Assembly: GCA_002269645.1 (NCBI GenBank)
Contig: NIVC01000731.1
Coordinates: 372,001-436,000 of the forward strand
Direction of reading: 5' to 3'
Length of the DNA stretch: 64,000 nt
From: Macrostomum lignano
Lineage: Eukaryota
In this document: piece by piece, positions 35,501 to 46,170 of the stretch
Layout: every line of letters starts with the position of its first letter
Position numbering within the stretch: the first letter of the stretch is position 1
Made by a program: the position numbers and the translations under genes
The notes under the pieces: model-generated
Databases searched by the model: none
What the model was told of the DNA's origin: nothing
What the model saw: only the letters and a program-made list of their open reading frames with translations

Positions 35501-38218
35501 TCTCTGCATTTTTCCCAGTAAGCCTTGACATCTCAGCAATTCCCCCAGTAAGCCTTGACATCTCAGCAATTCCCCCAGTAAGCCTTGACATCTCAGCAAT
35601 TCCCCCAGTAAGCCTTGACATCTCAGCAATTCCCCCAGTAAGCCTTGACATCTCAGCAATTCCCCAGTAAGCCTTGACATCTCAGCAATTCCCCCAGTAA
35701 GCCTTGACATCTCAGCAATTCCCCCAGTAAGCCTTGACATCTCAGCAATTCCCCCAGTAAGCCTTGACATCTCAGCAATTCCCCCAGTAAGCCTTGACAT
35801 CTCAGCAATCCCCCAGCAAGCCTTGACATCTCAGCAATTCCCCCAGTAAGCCTTGACATCTCAGCAATCCCCCAGCAAGCCTTGACATCTCAGCAATCCC
35901 CCAGCAAGCCTTGACAAAGATACTGTCCTAAAATGAAAACGGAATTTTGTAACCTTCGAACTGTCAGGCACGCTTGTTTAAATTGTCAGGACAAGGCTGA
36001 CAAGGACAAGGACAAGGTTGTCAAGGCTGTGGTTTAAGCCTACATATCAGAGACAGCAATGAGAAGGGATATACGCTATCAACTTGGAAAGCTTATCGGC
36101 ACCTGCGTCAATATTCCGGCATAATGTTTTCGAGACTTCTCTTTCAAAAGCTGAAAAATAACATTCGTGCAGAAAATCTAAGAAAGCGGGCAGAACAGTC
36201 TTTAGCCACGCCTGTGCTTGAGAGCCACCTGAATTCACCTGAACCCGAAGCCAGTGAAGTTGGCATCGCAGACTCCGCCGTTCAGGCAGGTGGCCGGTCC
36301 GCACGGCTCTGCGCTCATCTGCTCGGCTGTCTGAGCCGTCCAGCTCAGCCCGAATCCCACGAAGTTCGAGTCGCTGTTGAGCTGCACCACAGCCGGATGC
36401 ACCGATGGAAGCGAGCTGCTCGAAAAGCGCAGGCGACTGCGGCACAGCTGAGCGGACTCAGCGGAACACCGGTCCGGCATCACCTGGACTCCGCTACTCG
36501 CTTCAGTTTCGGTCTTCACCAGCTCGTACGCCTCCCAGAGGGCCAAGTAGGAGCTGGTGCCGGCCTTCGGTATGAGCAGGGACACCTCTGAGGTGTCGGC
36601 GGCCGGCTGCAGCTGAGAGACGAGGCGGGCCGACAGCCGACTCTTGAGTCTGGCCACCAGACTGTTGATGGGGTCTCGAGAACCTGTTTAATAATAGGCA
36701 AGCAGTGCGGGTGTTGATAACTGAGTTTGAAAATGAGCATTAGCTATTTATACTGGCAGCTCCATACCAGCAATGAAGATGGCGCTGTCAATGACGCTCA
36801 GTGGCAGGCTGGAGACTCGCAAATTCAACTGGTGAGATACAGTTCCAGCTTTCACCTGCACCACGTGTACGCCATTCTTTAGGTCGGGAGGCCTGAGCAC
36901 GAGTCTGTTGGGTGTGGAGCTCTTGTCAACGGTGAACTTGGTCGCAACGTCGCCTGCGCCGATCACTCTGTCCATCCTGTCTACGCCCGATATTCTCAGG
37001 TAGGCGGCGCCGTACTTTCTGAAGTTGGCATCTGCGCGTTGACGGAGAGGGAGCGCAACGTTTTGATTTGTTTTAGCTGGTCGCACGGTTGCACAAAAAG
37101 TAATTAAGGGTGGGATGTGGGCACCCTGGATCAATGCTTCCGGTAAAATCGTCCCACAACCAGCGGCGGGGCGATTCTTCCCATTGCACTGACTCCTGGG
37201 CACGCGCTGTACTGTCCCAAGTGGATCAGGCGAGGGGAGAGGGGGGACATGCCAATGCTTTGTCCCCCCACCCGACCTCCTGACCCGTTGTGATAATCAA
37301 CACTTTTTCTTCAGGGTGCAAAATATAGCGCCAAAAATAATGCCTGCGGAGCTAAAGGGAATGCCTGCGGCGCAAAAATGAGTACCTGCGGCGCCTAAAT
37401 GAGTGCCTGCGGCGCAAAAATGAGTACCTGCGGCGCCTAAATGAGTGCCTGCGGCGCAAAAATGAGTACCTGCGGCGCCTAAATGAGTGCCTGCGGCGCA
37501 AAAATGAGTACCTGCGGCGCCTAAATGAGTGCCTGCGGCGCAAAAATGAGTACCTGCGGCGCCTAAATGAGTGCCTGCGGCGCCTTAATGAGTGCCTGCG
37601 GCGCAAAAATGAGTGCCTGCGGCGCAAAAATGAGTACCTGCGGCGCCTTAATGAGTGCCTGCGGCGCAAAAATGAGTGCCTGCGGCGCCTAAATGAGTGC
37701 CTGCGGAGCTAAAAGGAGTGCCTGCGGTGCCTAAATGAGTGCCTGCGGCGCCAAATGACTTCTTGCGGCGCCAAATGACTTCTTGCGGCGCCAAAACAAG
37801 TGCCTGCGGCGCTAAAAGGAATGTCTGTGGCGCCAAAATGAGCGCTGACCACACCGATTCTCAAAAGACGAGTAATGGACATGTAGGAATTTGGTCATGC
37901 ATATGTACATGTTGAATTCTTGGCTTCGTCCCCCCCACCATAAAATCCATGGCGACGCCCCTGATGTGGATACTGCACGCAGGCGCGCTCTCAAAGACAC
38001 GCTTCCACAGGGTGTACAGCAGACCTCACTTCTTAATCGTCAGGCGTGTGCACTCTCTGCGTGTGCACTCTCTGGATTGGCCCTCAAAGATGTGTACGTT
38101 CAACAGGAGGCTGGCACTCACCATCTGGTAGCAAGACTTCAACTTCAGCTTTGTCGCAGTAGGCACTGGCGAGCACCGCCAGCAGGATGGCTGCAACTGC
38201 AGGTCCGTACCGGAGCAT
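32549..38218 (-). CDS. EC-less DN-cadherin-like paralog 2, about 865 aa, with only a short basic cytoplasmic tail. Exons 38218-38122, 37031-36768, 36683-36239, 35245-34876, 34799-34358, 33685-33489, 33410-33197, 33117-32549
   Basis: Signal MLRYGPAVAAILLAVLASAYC; exon-for-exon colinear with paralog 1 (several identical exon lengths: 445, 370, 197, 214); TM WWVWLIVSIGVMVLILIVVALVFLL, then RRRTQSRRSSGAQRSTPRRYAAKCI-stop. Confidence 0.87.
33716..34302 (+). mobile_element. CORE-like SINE family B preceded by a 16-bp minisatellite, bounded by an 11-bp target-site duplication
   Basis: actgaagttca at 33705-33715 and 34303-34313; SINE from about 33990; (tat)n tail. Confidence 0.85.
35510..35915. repeat. 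Minisatellite, 30-bp unit (cagtaagccttgacatctcagcaattcccc), intron of cadherin-like paralog 2
   Basis: Tandem copies visible. Confidence 0.95.
37227..37963 (-). mobile_element. hAT-like MITE (same family as 16283-16550) with an expanded internal repeat of about 23 bp
   Basis: End tggcgacgcccctg; flanks aagtggat / atgtggat; internal (aaatgagtgcctgcggcgc..)n at about 37340-37830. Confidence 0.78.
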
Positions 38219-38739
38219 GGCTGAGTCAGACTGGGCTTCGACCTCGGATGCTCTGCTCTCAGCTTGAATCAGCAGAGCAGCTCTCGGTCGGCTGGGCAGT
38301 TCATTTTAAGGTTGCGACTCGCGCGGCCCGGCAGTGACAGGCGCGCAATTTTGCGCATAATTTGCTAGCAACGCCTGCGGCCCGGCTGAAGCTGGCAAAC
38401 CCTCGGTAACCCGGTTAAGCTGTCTCTATTAATATTCAATTTGTTTGCAATTACGCAGCACATTAAGAAACGTAATTTTATCAGATATTTTCTCAAATTA
38501 GCATTTCCACAATGCCTTACGCTTGTAACCGCACCTGCTCAGACCCCACAGGTAAATCATTGCGAAGTTCTTCTACGAGCGTATGTGCGTATTTTTAACA
38601 GAAAGGGATCGAAGTTTTATCCCCATTGCGTTGAAAAGTCGCATTAATTTTGTCTGTAGGACCGAGAGTTACGCGCGATTTCACGTCTGCTGTTGCTGGC
38701 GACGAGCTACGAGAGTAACTGCAACTACCTGTCTGTACC

Positions 38740-39250
38740 AATTTGGTGAAGCTAATTGGTCACACAATTCACATGGGCCCTGAGCCCCTGGTCCCTGCCC
38801 CTTCTACGTTCATCGATCGTCAGATCGATGACTGGGCTGATTCCCTTCACAGGGACAGATGGGCGGGCACCCAGGACTGCCGGCGATTCCGGTCCGCGGT
38901 TCCGAGCCCTTCCCGCAGGTTCAGAAACATCCTTCTCACTCAAAATCAGAAGGATATCCGCGCCCTTGTCATGACACTTACCGGTCACGGCTACCTCACC
39001 AGGCTCTGCTTCCTCCGAGAGTGAACTTTACCCTTTTTGAGAATTCCCTTTCTTCACCAAAGACCGGTACGATACCTCGTACGATACCCGTCTTTTGACG
39101 AGGTCTGCCAGCCCAGCCCGAAAGCATCCCACGGCTCATCCAGTTCCTCCGGGAGACAAGACAAGCCATGCACTTTCTTCCCCACGGAAGATCACGCTGC
39201 AGGACGGACCGGCGGACCAACCCTGACCGGCTCCACGCCTCTCCCTGCCT
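38740..39250 (+). mobile_element. Degraded 3' part of an R1/LOA/I-like non-LTR retrotransposon ORF2
   Basis: Translation HMGPEPLVP..IDDWADSLHRDRW..DCRRFR..LLTQNQKDIRALVMTLTGHGYL and downstream RLIQFLRET resemble the post-RNase H region of such elements. Confidence 0.7.
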
Positions 39251-39254
39251 GCGG

Positions 39255-39560
39255 TCTGAAGGGCTGGCCGCATCCTGGGGAATTCCCATTTCCCATCCAG
39301 CGGGTTTAAAGGGCTGGCCACATCCTGGGAAATTCCTACCCAGTGGGTCTGAAGGGCTGGCCGCATCCTGGGGAATTCCCATTTCCCACCCAGCGGTTCT
39401 GAAGGGCTGGCCGCATCCTGGGGAATTCCCACCCAGCGGTTCTGAAGGGCTGGCCGCATCCTGGGGAATTCCCACCAGCGGATCTGAATGGCTGGCCGCA
39501 TCCTGGGGAATTCCCACCCAGCGGGTCTGAAGGGCTGGCCGCATCCTGGGGAATTCCCAT
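39255..39560. repeat. Minisatellite, about 41-bp unit (ctgaagggctggccgcatcctggggaattccc..)
   Basis: Tandem copies visible. Confidence 0.9.
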
Positions 39561-40564
39561 CCCTCTTGCAAGACACGATGTGAATTCGAGCATGTGTACT
39601 GGTTGTTGTCGGTTTGAGGGGCTGAGCAGGAACTGAAAGAGGCTTCATTTTTCAGTTTAAATGGCTCACTTGAGTCTAAACCTATGTCGGCTATCTGGAT
39701 AAGGGTCTGCTTCACACGTCACTATTGATAGTAGTATCAACAGCAGTTTAAACGTTTTGGTTTCCCTTTTTCGTACCTAGTGATTTTCGTTGCATACTAC
39801 TGTGACATGATCATGAGTAAAGTGCAAGTTGATTTTTTCTACACGTATTTATGTGTTAAAACGCCGAGATGAACCTGACATTCGACCCGGCCAGTTCCAG
39901 TTCTCCTATGCTTGCTAGCTGAGAAAGTCAACACAGACCGCTCTGTTTGTCCTCGACAAACTGTGGTGCAGACAGCCCTCCGCTTGTCTAATCTTCATGC
40001 TGAGCTGTCTATGACAGAAAAGCTCTCAAAACAAAAAAGACTGCTAGCAACCCGCAGTTAACTCAATCACTGAAGTGCGGGACTGTATTTTCCTGATGGC
40101 TCTTGGGGCTCGCATCTGTGAGGCGCAGGCGGGAGTCTTCCGAAATCACACGGCGTCATGCAAATAACATGCGAAAATTAATTAAAAAGCAATTTAGGAA
40201 ACTGGACCAAAAGTTTACTGGGCATGGAGAAACGAGAGCATCGATTCGATTGACAAAGTATACGACGTAAATCCGAGGCTGTTTCTCCTGGGGTACTGCA
40301 CAGACAACGATTAGATATCGAAAATTCGAAAGAGGCGCAGACACACTGGGCTCGAGGCCGATGTCGAGCTGAGTGAAGTTAAGCAAAGCGAGTTCCATGG
40401 GGATTCGATCAGGTTCTCAGGGAGAATTTGCGCAAATTCGAGCCAGTCAATCAATATTCGCTGATTAAGAAAATTGACATTTAAGCCGCAGTCTTTCCAC
40501 TACAAAGCAAATTAATTACAGAGTGCGCATCGGCCTGAGGAAAGGGGGAGTCGCGTCGGCAGCT

Positions 40565-40921
40565 TCAGGTGCGCACCTGCACGGTGACACCGCTGAGGGT
40601 GTTCCACAGCTGCAGCACTTTGCCCCTGGAGGCGCTGGCGCTCTTCGCCTGCCTGCGATCGTACAGCGACGGCAGCGGCGGAGCCACGAAGTAGGTCGTC
40701 GGCCGGCTGCTAGTGTAGCTGAAGGGCGGCCGGTGCTGGCTGGGGTACGGCAGCAGCAGGTTCGGCGCCGTGCGGGCGCGCCGCAGCTGGGCCTCCTCGC
40801 GCTGCCGGTCCTGCTGCTCCAGTCGCTGCCGGCGCATCCGCATCTCCTCGCGCATGTAGAAGCCGTAGATCTGGTTGGAGGTGTGCGGCTTCTCGCTCAG
40901 CCAGTTGTTGTAGTAGTCCAT
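40565..40921 (-). CDS. Small uncharacterised protein (118 aa if unspliced)
   Basis: ATG-initiated ORF with the same strong GC3 bias as the true exons nearby; family not recognised; possible donor at CAG|GTGCGC near the end. Confidence 0.6.
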   Translation of the reverse strand: MDYYNNWLSEKPHTSNQIYGFYMREEMRMRRQRLEQQDRQREEAQLRRARTAPNLLLPYPSQHRPPFSYTSSRPTTYFVAPPLPSLYDRRQAKSASASRGKVLQLWNTLSGVTVQVRT

Positions 40922-43694
40922 CCTGGTGCTGCTCTCTGTCTGCTGTCTCCGTGTTGCTTATCCGGTTATCTGCCTCAGGTTGGCTCTCTGCCTCGGCTTG
41001 CGCCTGCTTAAAATACCTGCCCCCCCCCCTTGCCTTCCACCTTGCGTTACCCTTGGATACCGCGTTGTGGGTTGGGGGGCTGGGGTGGAAAACTGTGTGC
41101 GTGCGCGTCTGTCTCTCTCTCCCTCGGCATTGAGGCGGAGTCAGAGGCTTGAAAGTGGAGGTTGGGGCGGCTGCTGGCGCAAGCAGAGCGCGTGCATTCG
41201 GGTGGCGGAGAGCCCAGCGCCAGCGCCTGAGAAAGCCTGCTGGGCTTTGTGGGCGAGAGATGGGGCTGCAGGTCGGGCAATGGCAGACTCAGGATCGCGG
41301 TGGGGACGAGTTGGGATCGGAAGCGAGCTGGGATCGCGTTGCTATGGGTGAGGGACTGAGGACTGGGTGATTTCTTACTCTTGAAACGGTGTAAATTCTC
41401 TCTAATCACTGCATATAGTGGAGATTGTCAAAACTGAAACCCAAGCAGAAGCTTTCATGCGAAGTAAATAATGAATCAGTTGTCAAGAATTACTGTGAAT
41501 TGAAGATCCATATGTACAGTAAGATTTTATGAAAAACATTTTTATCGCTCTTTTGTTAAACGAGCGCAACTCGGGCTGCTTAAGCACTCATAAAGCTGTG
41601 TCAGGCGGCTCTCTCACTCGCACTTCTAATCTCGCACAGAAGCGCAGGCCAAAGTTTACCCGATGACAGATAGTGGGGGCTGAGGCCACTTCGCAGCGCG
41701 CCATATGAATTAGAAGTGGATGGAATTATGCTCGAATGCAGGGAGGCCCCTTCTAGTTTCTGGCCTTCATACACAAGCTTTGGTCCAAATATAGGCGAGT
41801 TTTTTTTTTAAAAACACAGGACTCCAGCTATGTGAAAATTTGATAAGAGAACTCAATATGACTCTCCTGGGCCAAGGTGCTCGTAAAATAAATTTATGAA
41901 TACCAAAGCACTGCAGTTTCACTGTTTCAGCAATTAATTGCCTAAGGCACTTTCTCCATTCCTGTCTGACAGCTTCATAATATGTTTATAGTAATCTCAT
42001 AAAGACTGAATTAAGCTGCAGGCACGATTCCCAAATACTATAAAAATATAAAGAGTAGAATTTGGGAAGCCATCTGGTTCTATCTATATAATCTACAAGT
42101 TAACATGTGGATAAACTTGCAGTAAGGATCTAGAGTTAAAAGACCAGAAGTCATAAAGAGACATAAAGAGAAAACGTGCACCTTGGGCTGTTCAAATAAT
42201 GCAGCGCAAATTAGTACGCCAGGATCCATATACATATGATATAGTGTCGATGAAAAGTGCTTGCAATTGTCCAAGCTAACTAGTACTCATTGAATGATTC
42301 AATTTGACTTTAAATTCAACTAAAGATTCTAGTTTTCATTGAGGCGGTCAATTCTAAGTTGCTTGAATGCATCTAAAAAATTTCTGGCGCTACTGAATCC
42401 ACCTCATACGCAACTCACCGTGGATGTTTACTCAGACAAGCAAAGCAATAGGCATAGAGATATTTAAAATTTATAAATATACAAGTAATCAGAAAACACA
42501 AAGGTACATTTTTGTCATACTTAACTTTTAACTTGTTTTACTGAGGGTTATATGAACTAGTATTGTTTGGGCAAAAATCAAATACCGCCTTTTACCAGAA
42601 TTTCAGTCGACGACACTGATTGATTGATCACCTGACTGACTTCCAAATTTGCTTCATGCAGCAAATCAAAGACGAAAAATAAATGATATGCTCTTTCTGA
42701 AAGATGTTTTACTTTCCATTCAAGATTCCCTCAAGGGACTGACCATTGAAAGAAGATGAATTGTTGTTAGACACTTGAAATTTACATTTACTTCATTCGT
42801 TCTTTTAAATATGGTCACTGGAACAATAACAACTGCTAAAATTATTTAGAGTAATTTTTGTGATACTGACCCTGTCAATCTGTCATATAGTGATAGTACC
42901 CCTGCCTGCCACATATTGTACAGGCTCGTCCTTACCTGCTTATTTTACTTAGAATTAAGCTTAGTAGTAGGATAGTAGTAGGCCTAGTTAGTAGTTAACA
43001 ATCACAGGCAGGCACAAAAGATGAATAGTGAATTCAAAAGTTTTTTTCTAGTATTAGTGCGAATAAGTGCTTTGAATTGTTTGTAATACAAATTTGCAAT
43101 TTAAGTTTATCTGCTTAGCAAATAATTATAGCTAGTTACGATAAAAGAATGTATGAATAGACTGAATAGTATGAGCGAAGCGAACGAACGAGATCGAACG
43201 ATCGAGCTACTTTGCACAGCGAAAAATCATTGAGTTTTCTATTCAAACTTTTTACCCTAACCATAAAATGAGGACATTTTTTATTACTAAAAGCTTAAAT
43301 TTTGTCTTGAGCTACTTTTACAGACTTCTGAAATTTGAAATCTAAAAATTACAATTTGCTTTGTTGTAACTGGATTGCGTAACCAGACTTCAAATCGGAA
43401 AATAATTTTATAGAGGTTATGCTTATGTATGCTTATGTCATATTCTATTGCATTATTAAATGCATAAATGTAGCATCATTTGGTGGAGCAAAGAATAACT
43501 TAATTAGAAATAATTAGAGAACAAGATTCCCTTTTTAGGTCTAGAAAGAAATAATATTATTGTACTTTGCGCTTTTTTGTGCTCTGGCAGTCCCAAAAAT
43601 ACGTCCCAATCCCAATTTTAGCCTGCTTACGCCTTACTATAGGTTTCTCATAGGTTTATAATAGCGCATTTGACGTATGGTTACTCTTGGCCTA

Positions 43695-43770
43695 GTGGTT
43701 ATATCTCTTGACCTAGTGGTTAGGGCGCCTACTTTGCTTTTGGTAGGTCTCTGGTTCGAGTCCATTTTAA
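43695..43770 (+). pseudogene. Degenerate tRNA-like sequence or SINE head
   Basis: A-box-like tgacctagtgg (partly duplicated) and B-box ggttcgagtcc; no convincing full cloverleaf. Confidence 0.35.
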
Positions 43771-44435
43771 GGAATAATTTTTTCTTGAAAATTTTCTCGA
43801 CATTTTATATTTAAAATTTGCTAGTGTGTCTAAAAAGTGCAGTCCCATTTTTATACTTTCCAAAGTCTTGTATCGACCAATGATTAACATTGTTATTAAT
43901 TTTTTATTACAATACAATAATCAATAACAATATAAATTTTATTAAATGTATTGTATTGTATTAGAAATACAAAGTACTTTTTATTACGGTTTATGCTTTA
44001 TTTCATAATTAGCCAAGCGGAATACAATTATTCACCATTTTTTGCTCATGCCTTTAGTCCTTCCTCAGCAATCGGTATTTTTGTACACAGTACACTGAAT
44101 TTGCCATATTCATTATGCTCTACCTAGTACGGAGTAGCGCACGGGGCAATAAAAAATCGCAAGTCCACGGCCACTACGGCTAGCCGGACGTGGGTCCACG
44201 GTGGATCCACCGGCTAAGCCGAGAATTTTTGACTAGTGGCTAGCCGTGGCTGCGAGCTGGTCTGGCCGTGCGCTCGGGGCTTAGACCCCTGTTTAGAGCC
44301 TTTGCAATCTGGCACCCTGTGTTGACTCCTTTACTCCGCCGCCACCCTTGCGAGCCCGTGTAGGCTTGTAGAATCTTGCCGCCTTTACTTGTTTACTTGC
44401 CTTCTCTCTCTCCGCCTCGCTTCGCCACGGCCTTA

Positions 44436-45099
44436 GGCGGTTGACGGTCATTTCGTCTGCCGCCAGTTCGTCTGCCACCCTTTCGTCTGCAAGAATACGA
44501 TACAGTCGTTTCGTCTGCCAACGAATAGTAAAGTTTTAATAAGTGTAAATATGTCAGTTGTTGTCATTAATTTGAGATTTGAGATATTTAAGATAACAGT
44601 GATTAAGATATCAGGATCATTTCTTAGGAGTAATGACTTAAACGAGTAATTTCTGAATATTTTTGTTTATATTTATTAAACTACGCAATTGAACGAATTC
44701 AATGCATTTTCGTCATGATATGGCAGACGCCATACTATCTCTTAACCGTTTCAAAGCTTCAAAGCTCAAAAGCAATTAGTCGAGTTGGAATTATTTTACT
44801 TATTATAAGTAAGTTACACGCGCACAAATTATAAATCTTATTCACAGCTCACTACGTAGATTCAATTAAAGCTTATATACGAATAATTGTATTTCTTGGA
44901 AACATTGCGATAAGCAAAATAAAAAATACAAAGACTACATCTAATTCTAAATCTGAAAATTACTAGTAAATTATAAGTATTAAAAATAAACTATAAATTA
45001 ATTTCAGCCATTTATAAAACTTATTTTGCTACTTATTTTAAAAAGTCGTTTCGTCTGCCGGCAGACGAAAAGGCGGCAGACGAAATGACCGCGCACCCC
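44436..45099. mobile_element. MITE with TIRs and a TTA target duplication (PIF/Harbinger-like)
   Basis: Left ggcggttgacggtcatttcgtctgccgcc, right ggcggcagacgaaatgaccgcgcacccc; TTA at 44433-44435 and 45100-45102; subterminal ttcgtctgc repeats. Confidence 0.75.
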
Positions 45100-46170
45100 T
45101 TAGGCCACGCCTCTGCCACTCTCAGCCACGCCACTTCCACTACCTATGTATCAAACTCGTTGTTGTGTAGCCGCCAGTGCATTGTTACGAATCCAACTTG
45201 CATTTCTGTTGACAATAAACCAAATCTGCAGCCATTGATTGCATTAACTTTAACTTTAACTGATATTACTGCCAAGTGCTACCGCTACAAATTTGCCTCT
45301 GCCGCATTCATTTGCCTTCGCTTATTCTCGGGGCCGCCACGCTAGTATTCGTCACAATAGGCATCATTTCTCTTTGGTGTCCTGCGAAATTCTAACTCCT
45401 TTATTGAACTTTCACATTCGGGAATTCTGTAGCTGAAAGTTCTATTAGCGAGTCTGCAAAAGCGTCTTTCGACTCACTTCTTCCTTGTACGCGTCATTTA
45501 AACTCTTCCTTAAACTCTGACGCATTTCCTATATTCTGCTGAATCTCTCGATCGTTCCATAAAATCTTCGCACTCTAAATAGTCTGGCAAATTAAGTCGC
45601 ATGCAGATGTTGGATCAAAATTGGCTAGCAATTATGTTTTCCTATGGTTTAACTCAATTTTTTACAGAGTCGCACCTCTGATCAAAGGTTGTTTACCATA
45701 TCATAATATCCTGGCTTAGCGTGTATTTTGAATTCTAACATGTCTTGTCGGTCTTAATTCAAGACAATTCCTAAGTTCTTCAGCTAAGAGTGTTAATGCG
45801 TCATTAATACCTGACATTGTAAGTTATTACTTCACGTAATAATTAAATTGCCTCTCACTGTATCTTGATCCCAAGCCAAGAGCCAATAGTCAACAGCTAC
45901 AACTCAAGTTGTTTCCGTATTTCACACAGATTATTCATCCAAAAGCAAAAATTATGCTGATTGGACTCATTATACTCTGTAATTAATAAATGGCGAAACT
46001 TTTCAAATTGTGCTCAGTAAGTATTTGTAAAAGGTTACAATTAATAGAATATCGGCTTTTTGACATGTTAATCTGCAACGGGGACAGCGGCACTGATAGC
46101 AAAGTTTCTAATTAACCTGGAAGGCAACGGGGACCGCGTCATTGATAAGAATTGAGCATCTTGTTTTTCA

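Noticed and set aside
39560-40400. Short ORFs that look like exons (MELALLNFTQ.., QTLIQIADIG..)
   Set aside because: I could not link them by in-phase splice sites without stops, and no family motif is recognisable.
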